Below are positions 53,701 to 61,038 of a DNA stretch of 61,038 nt, piece after piece. Each line of letters opens with the position of its first letter. Position 1 is the stretch's first letter. Both the position numbers and the translations under genes were made by a program. The notes under the pieces were generated by a model that searched no databases, was not told the DNA's origin, and saw nothing but the letters and a program-made list of their open reading frames with translations. This DNA is from a candidate division WWE3 bacterium. GTDB lineage: Bacteria; Patescibacteriota; WWE3; UBA101185; UBA10185. Location: positions 1 through 61,038 of the forward strand of contig CAMDGN010000001.1 in assembly GCA_945897985.1 (NCBI GenBank). Reading direction: 5' to 3'.

Positions 53701-54158
53701 TCTTTGTGGCCTTACCTAAAAATAAAGAACTGAAGTCTGATTTCGTTTTACTGCCCGCTTTTAAAGGACCTCATAAATTAGCCATTACCAACCAGGTTAT
53801 TGAAGGTAACGTTTCAAAAAATGAAGTTTCCTATATGTCTATCAATAGAATTGATTATTTAAATTCATTTACACTAGTCAAAAACAATCCAAATAACCTT
53901 TATTACCTAGACTCTAGTTATGATAGGGGGTTTATTGCTCTTTGTGGGTATAAAGTTTGTAATTATGAACATGTTTTAGTAAATAACTGGGCCAATGGCT
54001 GGGTTTTACCTTCAAATTACGACGCTCAAGAAGCACCAATAAGGGTATTCTTCTGGCCAAACCTGCTTCCAGTTTTAGGATTTTTTATCTGGTTAACTTA
54101 TATTTTAGTCTCTCTTTGGAGAAGCTTTAATCCTCCAGTTGTTGACAAATCAAAGTAA
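50790..54158 (+). CDS. Large multi-pass membrane protein, probable GT-C fold glycosyltransferase (YfhO/AftD-like)
   Basis: GWD after first TM, ~12 TMs, LRFPF.KF, large extracellular domain, NNWANGW and final TM. Confidence 0.65.
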   Translation: MNTAKKIKDYILIAILILIPAVISYQNFNSGTYLSGWDTIHSEFDFNITFSRLLSPTYMDHQGLGAVSSQSHIAELPRIIFIYLLSFVASENFLRYSWIFLMLIIGPLGVYFFLKELLTQDAEDDEDESMLFPSFIGAIFYLTNLSVVQHFDVPLEMFVTFFGFLGFVFLFILKCQRDFSKKNFLYLVLFSFLISPSSHTATLFYMFLLFTGLYLLVQTLSSDNKLGALKNSAQILLTIFLTNLFWILPNIYFILTHGIEVSNSKIHTLFSDQAYLSNLSFGNLSDIAILKNYLFIWQIWNKDRFSPLLGSWVDNLNTGIALFGFAIFFFAIFGMGLSLVKKEKKLFGFIATFLFCAFFIASSKSVIGDVIDFLRNNVPFLQEALRFPFNKFSTLFSFSVSIFLAYFFYLVFNISKMKALNITTSFLFLVFSCVFFLPAFRGELINPLMRVNFDNAYFEMFDYFKNQPEYGRVADLPIHSVYGWSYYKFGYQGAGFLWFGIDKPLLNREFDRWGVKNEDYYNEMSFGIYNDNPKLVENVLNKYQVRWVLVDENIFSPGDDPKILHLGEAKKTLSQVPNLKLDKQIGENIYIYKFFPKVDFVKNKYIDKASFLSNESFRENEDLVFSTLGNYYSVKSSEVTFGLKTATEILNPKLISSDEKTITISNVAGVKANQVSAEIKLSFPSLDLKVGSIETNYKISNAASDYLSLNSTLLSTNRPQTLNLSQDNSITVWKKISEVGYPEIKNYISIINCGLDTQDTSYSLEQRGTSDLVINSQNADACVNFDLRGLLKNKTFDSYIVSFDVKASHNFPTFCSVNNNNCFKENVTETFQKLLSKDENILRLFNKSGKDIQSEIIVSNLKLTLIKNAGLMSVKLPEALFNKSDTLVIKKNFDFSGTLERFGFNPRVCGRSDSVKSELGVFESSDLNLCDSYNINYDANSYSIVEIKSKNYAGLPLRLCLQNTETYRCDFFVALPKNKELKSDFVLLPAFKGPHKLAITNQVIEGNVSKNEVSYMSINRIDYLNSFTLVKNNPNNLYYLDSSYDRGFIALCGYKVCNYEHVLVNNWANGWVLPSNYDAQEAPIRVFFWPNLLPVLGFFIWLTYILVSLWRSFNPPVVDKSK

Positions 54159-54203
54159 ATACCCCATAATACACCATTAAAATAGTTCCTGCCATTACTA
54201 TTT

Positions 54204-55046
54204 ATGATTAAAAATATAAAATTAATGGCATTATCTATATTATTTTTTGCGACCAACTTTGGTTCAGTACACGCAGTGAACTGTGTTGATACGGCCTACG
54301 GAAGCTTATGCTCAAACTCCATTTCAGACTTCGATTTAAATAAATCTGTTTCAAAAGCTAACTCAACCGATAGAAAAGAAAGAATTACCGGTGTTAAAAA
54401 AGGTGAAAATTTTATTTTCTACTTTAGGATCAAAAATAACACCTTAAATGAAGCAACTGTAAGCCTACAGGATAACCTTCCAACTCAACTTGAAAGAGTT
54501 GGTGGTATTAGTTATACCGAAAAAGTCGTTATTTTTCCCAAATCATTCAAAATAGTTGAAATGACAGTTAAAGTTAAAGATTCTGAATTCTTAAACAAGT
54601 CTTTCTTTGAAAAATGTGTTGTTAATAAGGCTTATATTTATAAAGATAAAGACTTAAAAGACACTTCAACTGCAACTGTATGTTACGGAGATGGCTTTGG
54701 TATCGCTCCTTCTATTTTTGGAATCGATAATCAGGTACTTGGAACCTCACTTGCTACACCCTCAGCTTCTCCAGCAGTTGATACCAGCTATATTACAAAT
54801 AATTACTTTTTTAATACAATCGTAAGCACTGATTACTATAGTTTATTCAATATCGGTTATTTTTCAGGGCTTGGAAATAGCTTTAAGGATTTTTGTGGCT
54901 CAATACCTTCCAAATTCAACGATTTACAGGCTTCAGCATGGATTCAAGATAACGTTATGAACCCTAATACTGAGGCAAGAATCAAACTTATAAAGATTGT
55001 CATATTTCCTCATTTTCTGACCATTATTGACAACCTATTAAATTAA
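54204..55046 (+). CDS. Secreted DUF11-like protein, paralog of 55143-55733
   Basis: Signal peptide; DNLP, VKVKDSEF, KCVVNKAYI shared with neighbour. Confidence 0.75.
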   Translation: MIKNIKLMALSILFFATNFGSVHAVNCVDTAYGSLCSNSISDFDLNKSVSKANSTDRKERITGVKKGENFIFYFRIKNNTLNEATVSLQDNLPTQLERVGGISYTEKVVIFPKSFKIVEMTVKVKDSEFLNKSFFEKCVVNKAYIYKDKDLKDTSTATVCYGDGFGIAPSIFGIDNQVLGTSLATPSASPAVDTSYITNNYFFNTIVSTDYYSLFNIGYFSGLGNSFKDFCGSIPSKFNDLQASAWIQDNVMNPNTEARIKLIKIVIFPHFLTIIDNLLN

Positions 55047-55142
55047 TTAACCCTATAGTAGTTGACAATTAATAGAGAATACCCTATAATACTCATCTAT
55101 TAGTTATTACTTGCCTCTAATAAAGGAAAGAAGAAAGAAAAT

Positions 55143-55733
55143 ATGAAAAAAATTAAATTATTTGTACTACCAATTTTAGTATATGTTTCAACTATTACTA
55201 TGGCTTTTGCCTCATGTAATAGTTCTGCATATGGTGCTTACGGTTCTTCTTGCTCAAACTCTGAGTATAACCTAGAGAAAACAGTAACTAAAGCTGGAAC
55301 ATCCGAAGATAAAAAGAAAATCACTGGAATCAACAAAGGTGATACTTTTACTTTTGAATTCAAGATTGAAAACAAAACTTCAAACGAAGTTACTCTGAAT
55401 TTAGAAGATAACCTACCTTCAGAATTTGAAAAAGTTTCTGGAATTGGTTATACCGAAGAAGTTAAATTAGACGCTAAGTCAAGAAAAACTCTTGAGATGG
55501 TTGTTAAAGTTAAAGATTCAGAGTTTGCTACTAAATCAAACTTTGAGAAGTGTGTTGTAAACAAAGCTTACATCTCAAAAGATAAGGATCAAAAAGATTC
55601 TTCTACTGCGACTGTATGTTTTGGTGAAGGTGTAGCTAATACACTTCCAAAAACAGGTCCTGAGAACATTGTTCTTGGTGCCAGTGCTTTATCTCTAGCT
55701 CTTGGATTCGCTCTAAAGAGATTTAAAAGATAA
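55143..55733 (+). CDS. Secreted DUF11-like protein with LPXTG-type sorting signal
   Basis: LPKTG, hydrophobic stretch, KRFKR tail. Confidence 0.78.
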   Translation: MKKIKLFVLPILVYVSTITMAFASCNSSAYGAYGSSCSNSEYNLEKTVTKAGTSEDKKKITGINKGDTFTFEFKIENKTSNEVTLNLEDNLPSEFEKVSGIGYTEEVKLDAKSRKTLEMVVKVKDSEFATKSNFEKCVVNKAYISKDKDQKDSSTATVCFGEGVANTLPKTGPENIVLGASALSLALGFALKRFKR

Positions 55734-55745
55734 TCAAGTCCTCTT

Positions 55746-55812
55746 AAGTGGCTTGGAAAGATAGGCTGGGTTTAGGTGACTTTACGCGGCTTATCTTTCC
55801 AGGCCACTTTTT
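55746..55812 (+). terminator. Long hairpin terminator or 3' stabiliser
   Basis: 23-bp stem with three G-U pairs followed by a T run. Confidence 0.6.
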
Positions 55813-56003
55813 AATTCCCTGGATTAGTAATTGAATTTAGATTTTCTAGTGTTAAAATAAACATGTTAGATTTTAATGTTTCCTCAATCTGTTTTTAATA
55901 GAACTTTTAAACAGGATTTAAAGTTGGGAGGTAACATTGGGGCAGTGGTTATCTCCCAACTTTAGATGATTTTCAAAAGAATTCAGAATTAATAATTACG
56001 CAT

Positions 56004-57170
56004 ATGACTCAAGAAATAAAACAAGAAACTAATACTAAAAAAACAAATAATGGCTTAGATTTTAACAATCTTCCTATCAAAGGATATTTATATGTCCAAA
56101 ATGACTATGGAAAAATTGTTCAAGATATCTCACTATCAGAAGAACTTCCAAAGGATGCTTATGTTTCTCATTCTCAAATGAAGAAATTTGGTATTAGACC
56201 TGGAGATTTTATTGAAGGTTCCGCAAGAGGTCCAGAAAAGACCGAGAAATTACTACACTTACTTAAAGTTGACAAAGTTGCGGGGATGACTCCAGACGAA
56301 GCTAAAAAAAGACCATTCTTCAATGCTTTAACTCCGATATTTCCTTATGAATGGTTAAATTTAGAAACTAAACCTGAAGTTTTATCAACAAGACTTATTG
56401 ACTTGATTGCTCCTATTGGAAAAGGCCAAAGAGCTATGATCGTGGCCCCTCCTAAAGCCGGTAAAACATGGTTGCTTCAGCAAATTGCTAACGGAATTAC
56501 TGAAAACCACCCTGAAGTTAAAATCATCGTAACTCTAATTGGTGAAAGACCTGAAGAGGTGACCGATATGAAGAGGAACATTAAAGGTGAATTTTATTCT
56601 TCAAACTTCGACGAAGTTCCAGAAGAACAAATTAGAATTGCTGAAATTTCAGTTGAAGTTGCGAAAAGACTTGCTGAAAAAGGGGACGATGTTGTTATCT
56701 TAATGGACTCTCTTACAAGGCTTGCTAGAGCTTACAACATGGCGTGCCCTCCAAGTGGTAAAACTTTATCCGGAGGTTTCGATCCTTCAGCCCTATACCC
56801 TCCAAAAAGATTCTTTGGTGCTGCTAGAAAATTTGAAGAAGGTGGCTCATTAACTATCATTGCGACTTCTCTTGTAGATACAGGATCCAAAATGGACGAT
56901 GTTATTTTCGAAGAGTTCAAAGGAACCGGTAATCAAGAATTAAGACTAGATAGAAATCTTTCTGAAAGAAGAATTTTCCCTTCAATTGACATTAAAGCTT
57001 CCGGAACTAGAAACGAGGATAAGATTTTAGATTCAAAAACTCTTGAAAGCATCTACCGACTTAGAAGAATGGTAGATTTACTTAACGAGAAAGAATCAAC
57101 CTCTTTAGTAATAGAGCAACTTAAGAAAACTAAATCAAACAAAGACTTTCTTGAGAGTTTGACTAAATAA
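56004..57170 (+). CDS. rho: Transcription termination factor Rho
   Basis: [41 protein letters not shown]. Confidence 0.96.
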   Translation: MTQEIKQETNTKKTNNGLDFNNLPIKGYLYVQNDYGKIVQDISLSEELPKDAYVSHSQMKKFGIRPGDFIEGSARGPEKTEKLLHLLKVDKVAGMTPDEAKKRPFFNALTPIFPYEWLNLETKPEVLSTRLIDLIAPIGKGQRAMIVAPPKAGKTWLLQQIANGITENHPEVKIIVTLIGERPEEVTDMKRNIKGEFYSSNFDEVPEEQIRIAEISVEVAKRLAEKGDDVVILMDSLTRLARAYNMACPPSGKTLSGGFDPSALYPPKRFFGAARKFEEGGSLTIIATSLVDTGSKMDDVIFEEFKGTGNQELRLDRNLSERRIFPSIDIKASGTRNEDKILDSKTLESIYRLRRMVDLLNEKESTSLVIEQLKKTKSNKDFLESLTK

Positions 57171-57224
57171 CCTTCATATTTTAAGCTAAAATCCCTAAAA
57201 TGTTATAATTAAACTTACCATTTT

Positions 57225-58418
57225 ATGAGTTTTAAACAATTTAAAGATAGATTTCATCGTAAGAATTACTACTCCAAATCTATTTTTCAAACCAACAAAT
57301 ATTTAAGGTTTTTGAAGAAATACACTTTGTCTATCCGTGCCTTTTTCTATTATCTTTCTTTAAAGATTCATAAATTTTTTAACTTCTTAAAGCTAGCAAT
57401 AATTTTTACATTTTCATTAAATCGAAGGCTTAAAGATTACTTTATTTCCAAATTGATTTGGTCTCGGGGAAAACTCGGAAAACCAGTAGCTGATTTTGTA
57501 GTTATTACAGCCTCATTCCTAGTCTTTTTAATTGGAGGGGTACTAAACTCAAATAAATTTGTAAATAGCGCTCAGGCTAATCCTGACGTGTTTAAAAACA
57601 CCCCAGATTATATACCTCAATACCAATCAACATTACTTTTAGTACCTGAAGAAAGAAAGCGAAATGAATCTATTAAATATGTTGTTGAAGGCGGCGATAC
57701 CTTGTTCTCTATTGGTCAAAGATACAAAATATCGGCTGACGCGATAAGGTATGTTAACAACATTGCTGATGCTGACACTATTACTGTGGGTCAGGAGTTA
57801 AGTATCCCGCCAATATCAGGAATTATTCACAAGGTTAAAAAAGGTGACTCGATTGAAGCTATCTCAAAACTTTATGATGTTCCTTCGCAAGCTATTGCTG
57901 ACTTTAATTACTTAACAGACATATCCTCACTTTCAGTAGGTTCTGAGTTAGTTATTCCTGATGCTAAGATTCCGCAAGCTGTAGCCCAAACCCCAACTTC
58001 GGGTACATCTTATTCTCAGATACAATTTGAGACAGGATTTAAAAAAGGCTGGTGTATCTGGCCTACAACTTCAAGAATTGTAACTCAAGGTTTTTCTTGG
58101 TATCACAGTGGTTTAGATGTAGCTACTTCATGGTTTAGTGCTATGCCTCCGATTTTCGCTTGTTCTGGTGGAAAGGTAGTAAAGGCTGGTTGGGATCCAA
58201 CAGGGTATGGGATCATGGTTATGATAGACCACGGGAACGGTGTCGCAACACTTTACGGTCACATGAGTAAACTTTATGTTTCTTATGGTGATTATGTCAA
58301 GCAAGGCCAACAGATTGGGGTAATGGGGAGTACTGGTAGAAGTACTGGGCCTCACCTGCATTTCGAGGTAAGAAAGAATTCGATTAGACAGAACCCACTG
58401 AACAGTGTTTATTATTAA
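57225..58418 (+). CDS. Membrane-anchored LysM-LysM-M23 peptidase
   Basis: Two LysM domains, HSGLD, LYGHM, GPHLHFE. Confidence 0.92.
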   Translation: MSFKQFKDRFHRKNYYSKSIFQTNKYLRFLKKYTLSIRAFFYYLSLKIHKFFNFLKLAIIFTFSLNRRLKDYFISKLIWSRGKLGKPVADFVVITASFLVFLIGGVLNSNKFVNSAQANPDVFKNTPDYIPQYQSTLLLVPEERKRNESIKYVVEGGDTLFSIGQRYKISADAIRYVNNIADADTITVGQELSIPPISGIIHKVKKGDSIEAISKLYDVPSQAIADFNYLTDISSLSVGSELVIPDAKIPQAVAQTPTSGTSYSQIQFETGFKKGWCIWPTTSRIVTQGFSWYHSGLDVATSWFSAMPPIFACSGGKVVKAGWDPTGYGIMVMIDHGNGVATLYGHMSKLYVSYGDYVKQGQQIGVMGSTGRSTGPHLHFEVRKNSIRQNPLNSVYY

Positions 58419-58474
58419 CTTTATAGGCCATTTCTTTAGCAATTTGGCATCTTTAATGATAAAATCATCTAAAT

Positions 58475-59647
58475 ATGATTGATAATGCGCTAATTAAAAT
58501 TAAATCCGGTAAAGGTGGGGACGGTAGAGTTTCCTTTTTACATGAAAAATATAGACCTAACGCAGGTCCCGATGGTGGTGACGGAGCTAAAGGTGGAAGT
58601 GTCATCTTCTTAGCTGACGAAAACATGCATACTTTAAGAGACTTTAGATCCAGAGCTAACCTTGAGGCTCAAGATGGTGAAATGGGTAAGAAGAATAATA
58701 TGTTTGGAAAAGACGGTGTAGATTTAATAGTTCACATTCCTGTTGGTACTTTGGTTTATGAAATTAGAAGAGGTCAGGAAGTTTTAGTCGGAGATTTCCA
58801 TACCCATAACCAGCAGATGATAATGGCTAAGGGAGGAAATGGAGGAAAAGGGAACTTTAGGTTTAGATCCTCAACCAACCAAATACCAACCCAATTTACA
58901 TATGGCGGACCTTCAATTGAAAAAGAAATCAGATTAGAGATCAAGCTTGTAGCTGATTGCGGAATTATTGGACTTCCAAATGCTGGAAAATCCACATTTG
59001 TAAATAAAGTAACTAAAGCCGCTGCCAAAATTGGAAACTACCCATTTACAACATTAGAGCCAAATCTTGGAGTTTGCATTTATAACAATAGAAAATTAGT
59101 ATTTGCTGATATTCCAGGACTAATTGAAGGTGCTTCGACTGGAAAAGGTTTAGGAGACGAATTTTTAAGACACGTCGAAAGAAATAAGGTTTTAGTTCAT
59201 TTAATTGATCCTACTTACGATGCTATAGCTAATGGCCTAGTTAGTGAATTTGACGCTGAGGTTTTATCTCAAAACTCCCTTTCAAATTACAAAATTATTA
59301 GAAAAGAGCTTGAAGATTATAAATCTAAGTATCAAGCCCTCACAGAAAAGCAGGAAATCGTTGTGATTAACAAAATAGATATCACAGAGGTCAGAGAGAA
59401 CTTCGAGGCTATAAGAGCTAATTTTGAAGCTCTAGGACTAAAAGTTTTTGGCATCTCTGCTTTCACAGGAGAAGGTGTTGAAGTACTTCTTGATGAGGTC
59501 TATAAAATAGTTGAATCGACACAATCAATTAAATTTGAAAAGAAGAATCCTGTTAGAATTATCAATATTCAGGACTTGAAGAATAAGAGATTTATCTTTA
59601 ATATTTCTGATATTGATGAAGCAAAGAGTAATACATTTGCTCTTTAA
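58475..59647 (+). CDS. obgE: GTPase ObgE/CgtA
   Basis: Gly-rich Obg domain, GLPNAGKS, YPFTT, DIPG, NKID. Confidence 0.96.
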   Translation: MIDNALIKIKSGKGGDGRVSFLHEKYRPNAGPDGGDGAKGGSVIFLADENMHTLRDFRSRANLEAQDGEMGKKNNMFGKDGVDLIVHIPVGTLVYEIRRGQEVLVGDFHTHNQQMIMAKGGNGGKGNFRFRSSTNQIPTQFTYGGPSIEKEIRLEIKLVADCGIIGLPNAGKSTFVNKVTKAAAKIGNYPFTTLEPNLGVCIYNNRKLVFADIPGLIEGASTGKGLGDEFLRHVERNKVLVHLIDPTYDAIANGLVSEFDAEVLSQNSLSNYKIIRKELEDYKSKYQALTEKQEIVVINKIDITEVRENFEAIRANFEALGLKVFGISAFTGEGVEVLLDEVYKIVESTQSIKFEKKNPVRIINIQDLKNKRFIFNISDIDEAKSNTFAL

Positions 59648-59653
59648 AATAGA

Positions 59654-59729
59654 GGGCCTTTAGCTCAGTTGGTAGAGCGCTTCCGTGGCACGGAAGAGGT
59701 CAGCGGTTCGATCCCGCTAAGGTCCACCA
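59654..59729 (+). tRNA. tRNA-Ala(GGC)
   Basis: G3-U70 pair, GT GGC AC loop, CCA end. Confidence 0.96.
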
Positions 59730-59745
59730 TAAATATAAAAAGAAT

Positions 59746-59771
59746 GGGGCGGCAGTAAAAACTGCCGCCCC
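59746..59771. terminator. Bidirectional hairpin terminator
   Basis: 11-bp stem GGGGCGGCAGT-aaaa-ACTGCCGCCCC. Confidence 0.75.
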
Positions 59772-59776
59772 TTTGT

Positions 59777-60247
59777 TTACCAAGGACACATTGTAGTTGC
59801 CGTTTCGACCAACACTTCCTCAGTTCCCCAAACAATTGCGTGAGTCCTCCAAAATGGCAGTGACTCTTTTGTAGCTTTAGGGTCCCATGGTTCGTGGGGC
59901 GATCTTTTACCAATCCAAGAAGTGATAAGTACCAGTTCGTTTATAGCAACTCTCTTTAGAATTACCACAACAGAGGAGCAATCTATTGGTTGCCGGTCTT
60001 TGACAAAAGCAGTCCACCCATTTCTGTTTGGACGCTTAGCATAAACGATTATGTCGTCGATGCCGGTTTTGACCAAGTTGCACTTTCCAACGATTCTTCC
60101 CATTTCAACTTCGAGAACAGCGTAATCCATTTCAGCAGGCATCTCGATTTTTGCGAGCGCCTCTTTCACTAAAGAAGCTGCTATGTGATTGTGGCTGTTG
60201 TATCTGTCATGGACAGTTACACCATTAGCTGTCTTACCAAGAGTCAT
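59777..60247 (-). CDS. Hypothetical protein (156 aa), SD-led with its own promoter
   Basis: TTGACA-17-TATTAT, TATAAAGGAGAAAGATATG; ITSWIG..SPHEPWD...FWRTHA. Confidence 0.75.
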   Translation of the reverse strand: MTLGKTANGVTVHDRYNSHNHIAASLVKEALAKIEMPAEMDYAVLEVEMGRIVGKCNLVKTGIDDIIVYAKRPNRNGWTAFVKDRQPIDCSSVVVILKRVAINELVLITSWIGKRSPHEPWDPKATKESLPFWRTHAIVWGTEEVLVETATTMCPW

Positions 60248-60329
60248 ATCTTTCTCCTTTATATGTCTCGAATAGTTTTGAAATAATATTATAGGCTGGT
60301 TAATCTGTCAAGATGGTTAGAAAAAGATT

Positions 60330-60351
60330 GAGCGGCTCTTTTGAGCCGCTC
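60330..60351 (-). terminator. Hairpin after the TPR gene
   Basis: GAGCGGCTC-tttt-GAGCCGCTC. Confidence 0.6.
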
Positions 60352-60381
60352 CATCATGGTAACTATTCCTAGAATTGGTTG

Positions 60382-61038
60382 TTATTTAGTATTAACAACT
60401 TTCTCAAGGCTAGTATCTTTTTTAACTTCTTCTGGTTTGGTTAGCTTTTCAGAAGTTGTGTCGGTATTTTGACCGTTTTTATTTTCTAGCTCCTGAACCG
60501 AAGCTTTAGTTGAAGCTCCCGCTACTTTGATTTTGCTTTTAGCTGAGTCAATTTCTTTGTTTAACTTTTCAAGATCTGGTGAATTGGCTGGAAGAAGTGA
60601 TTTTGTAACTTCTAACTCAGATGCTGCAACATCAAATGCTTCCAATTTAATTAAAGCTTGTCCAAGATTGTAATGAGCGTTGGCATAGTTTGATTTTAGT
60701 TGAGTTGCTTGTTTGAACATGTTTGCAGCATTCAAGAAATCCCCTTTAGCGAAGAAGATAGTTCCTAATTCCATTCTTAGATTTGGGTTTGCTGGATCAA
60801 GTTGAATTGCATTATTTAGAGCTGATAGAGCCCATTGATCTGCATCGGAAGTCACACCAATTAGGGTTTTATAGATCGATGCTCTTACAATCCAGTTGTT
60901 TAAGTTTAGTGGATCAAGGTTTTCAGTTGCAAGTCTTGTAGATCTAATTGATTCGCTAATTAGTGTTTGAATTGCTTCTTTTTCTTGTTGAGAAAGGTTT
61001 CCTTTGTTTGCAAGCGTTATTGCAAGGTTAAGGTTTGT
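60382..61038 (-). CDS. TPR-repeat protein, C-terminal part (frame open to window end)
   Basis: AIQLDPANPNL, ATQLKSNYANAHYNLG TPRs; no stop up to 61038. Confidence 0.85.
   Translation of the reverse strand, partial: TNLNLAITLANKGNLSQQEKEAIQTLISESIRSTRLATENLDPLNLNNWIVRASIYKTLIGVTSDADQWALSALNNAIQLDPANPNLRMELGTIFFAKGDFLNAANMFKQATQLKSNYANAHYNLGQALIKLEAFDVAASELEVTKSLLPANSPDLEKLNKEIDSAKSKIKVAGASTKASVQELENKNGQNTDTTSEKLTKPEEVKKDTSLEKVVNTK

Noticed and set aside
55746..55970. SRP (4.5S) RNA
   Set aside because: Neither hairpin has the CAGG...GNRA...AGCA domain IV motif

Overview
AT-rich bacterial chromosome segment, translation table 11, that looks like Patescibacteria/CPR (Microgenomates/WWE3-like). 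That call is inferred from the divergent 16S rRNA, compact genes and gene content. It carries housekeeping genes (complete suf operon, ftsH, nth, ATP-dependent ligase, recF, mutM, mnmA, rpsA, Clp ATPase, radA, rho, obgE), a pentose-phosphate cluster, secreted or surface proteins, 7 tRNAs and a split 16S / 23S-5S locus. Most notable: (1) an Rpe-LOG fusion in an rpiB/transketolase/PfkB operon, suggesting a nucleotide-to-pentose catabolic route; (2) two translation-initiation modes, with many genes apparently leaderless (TANNAT-N6-ATG) and a dispersed set of orphan genes sharing a promoter/AAGGAG-AAGATATG/hairpin layout; (3) a decayed element at tRNA-Asn whose att site lies inside the recombinase gene, so integration swaps the enzyme's C-terminus; (4) unusual decoding components: tRNA-Ile(UAU), an initiator tRNA lacking the 3 G-C pairs, and a 16S A1405-U1496 pair; (5) an rRNA spacer holding an inverted tRNA-Ile and two Cys-rich microproteins. 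All calls come from reading motifs by eye; no searches were run.
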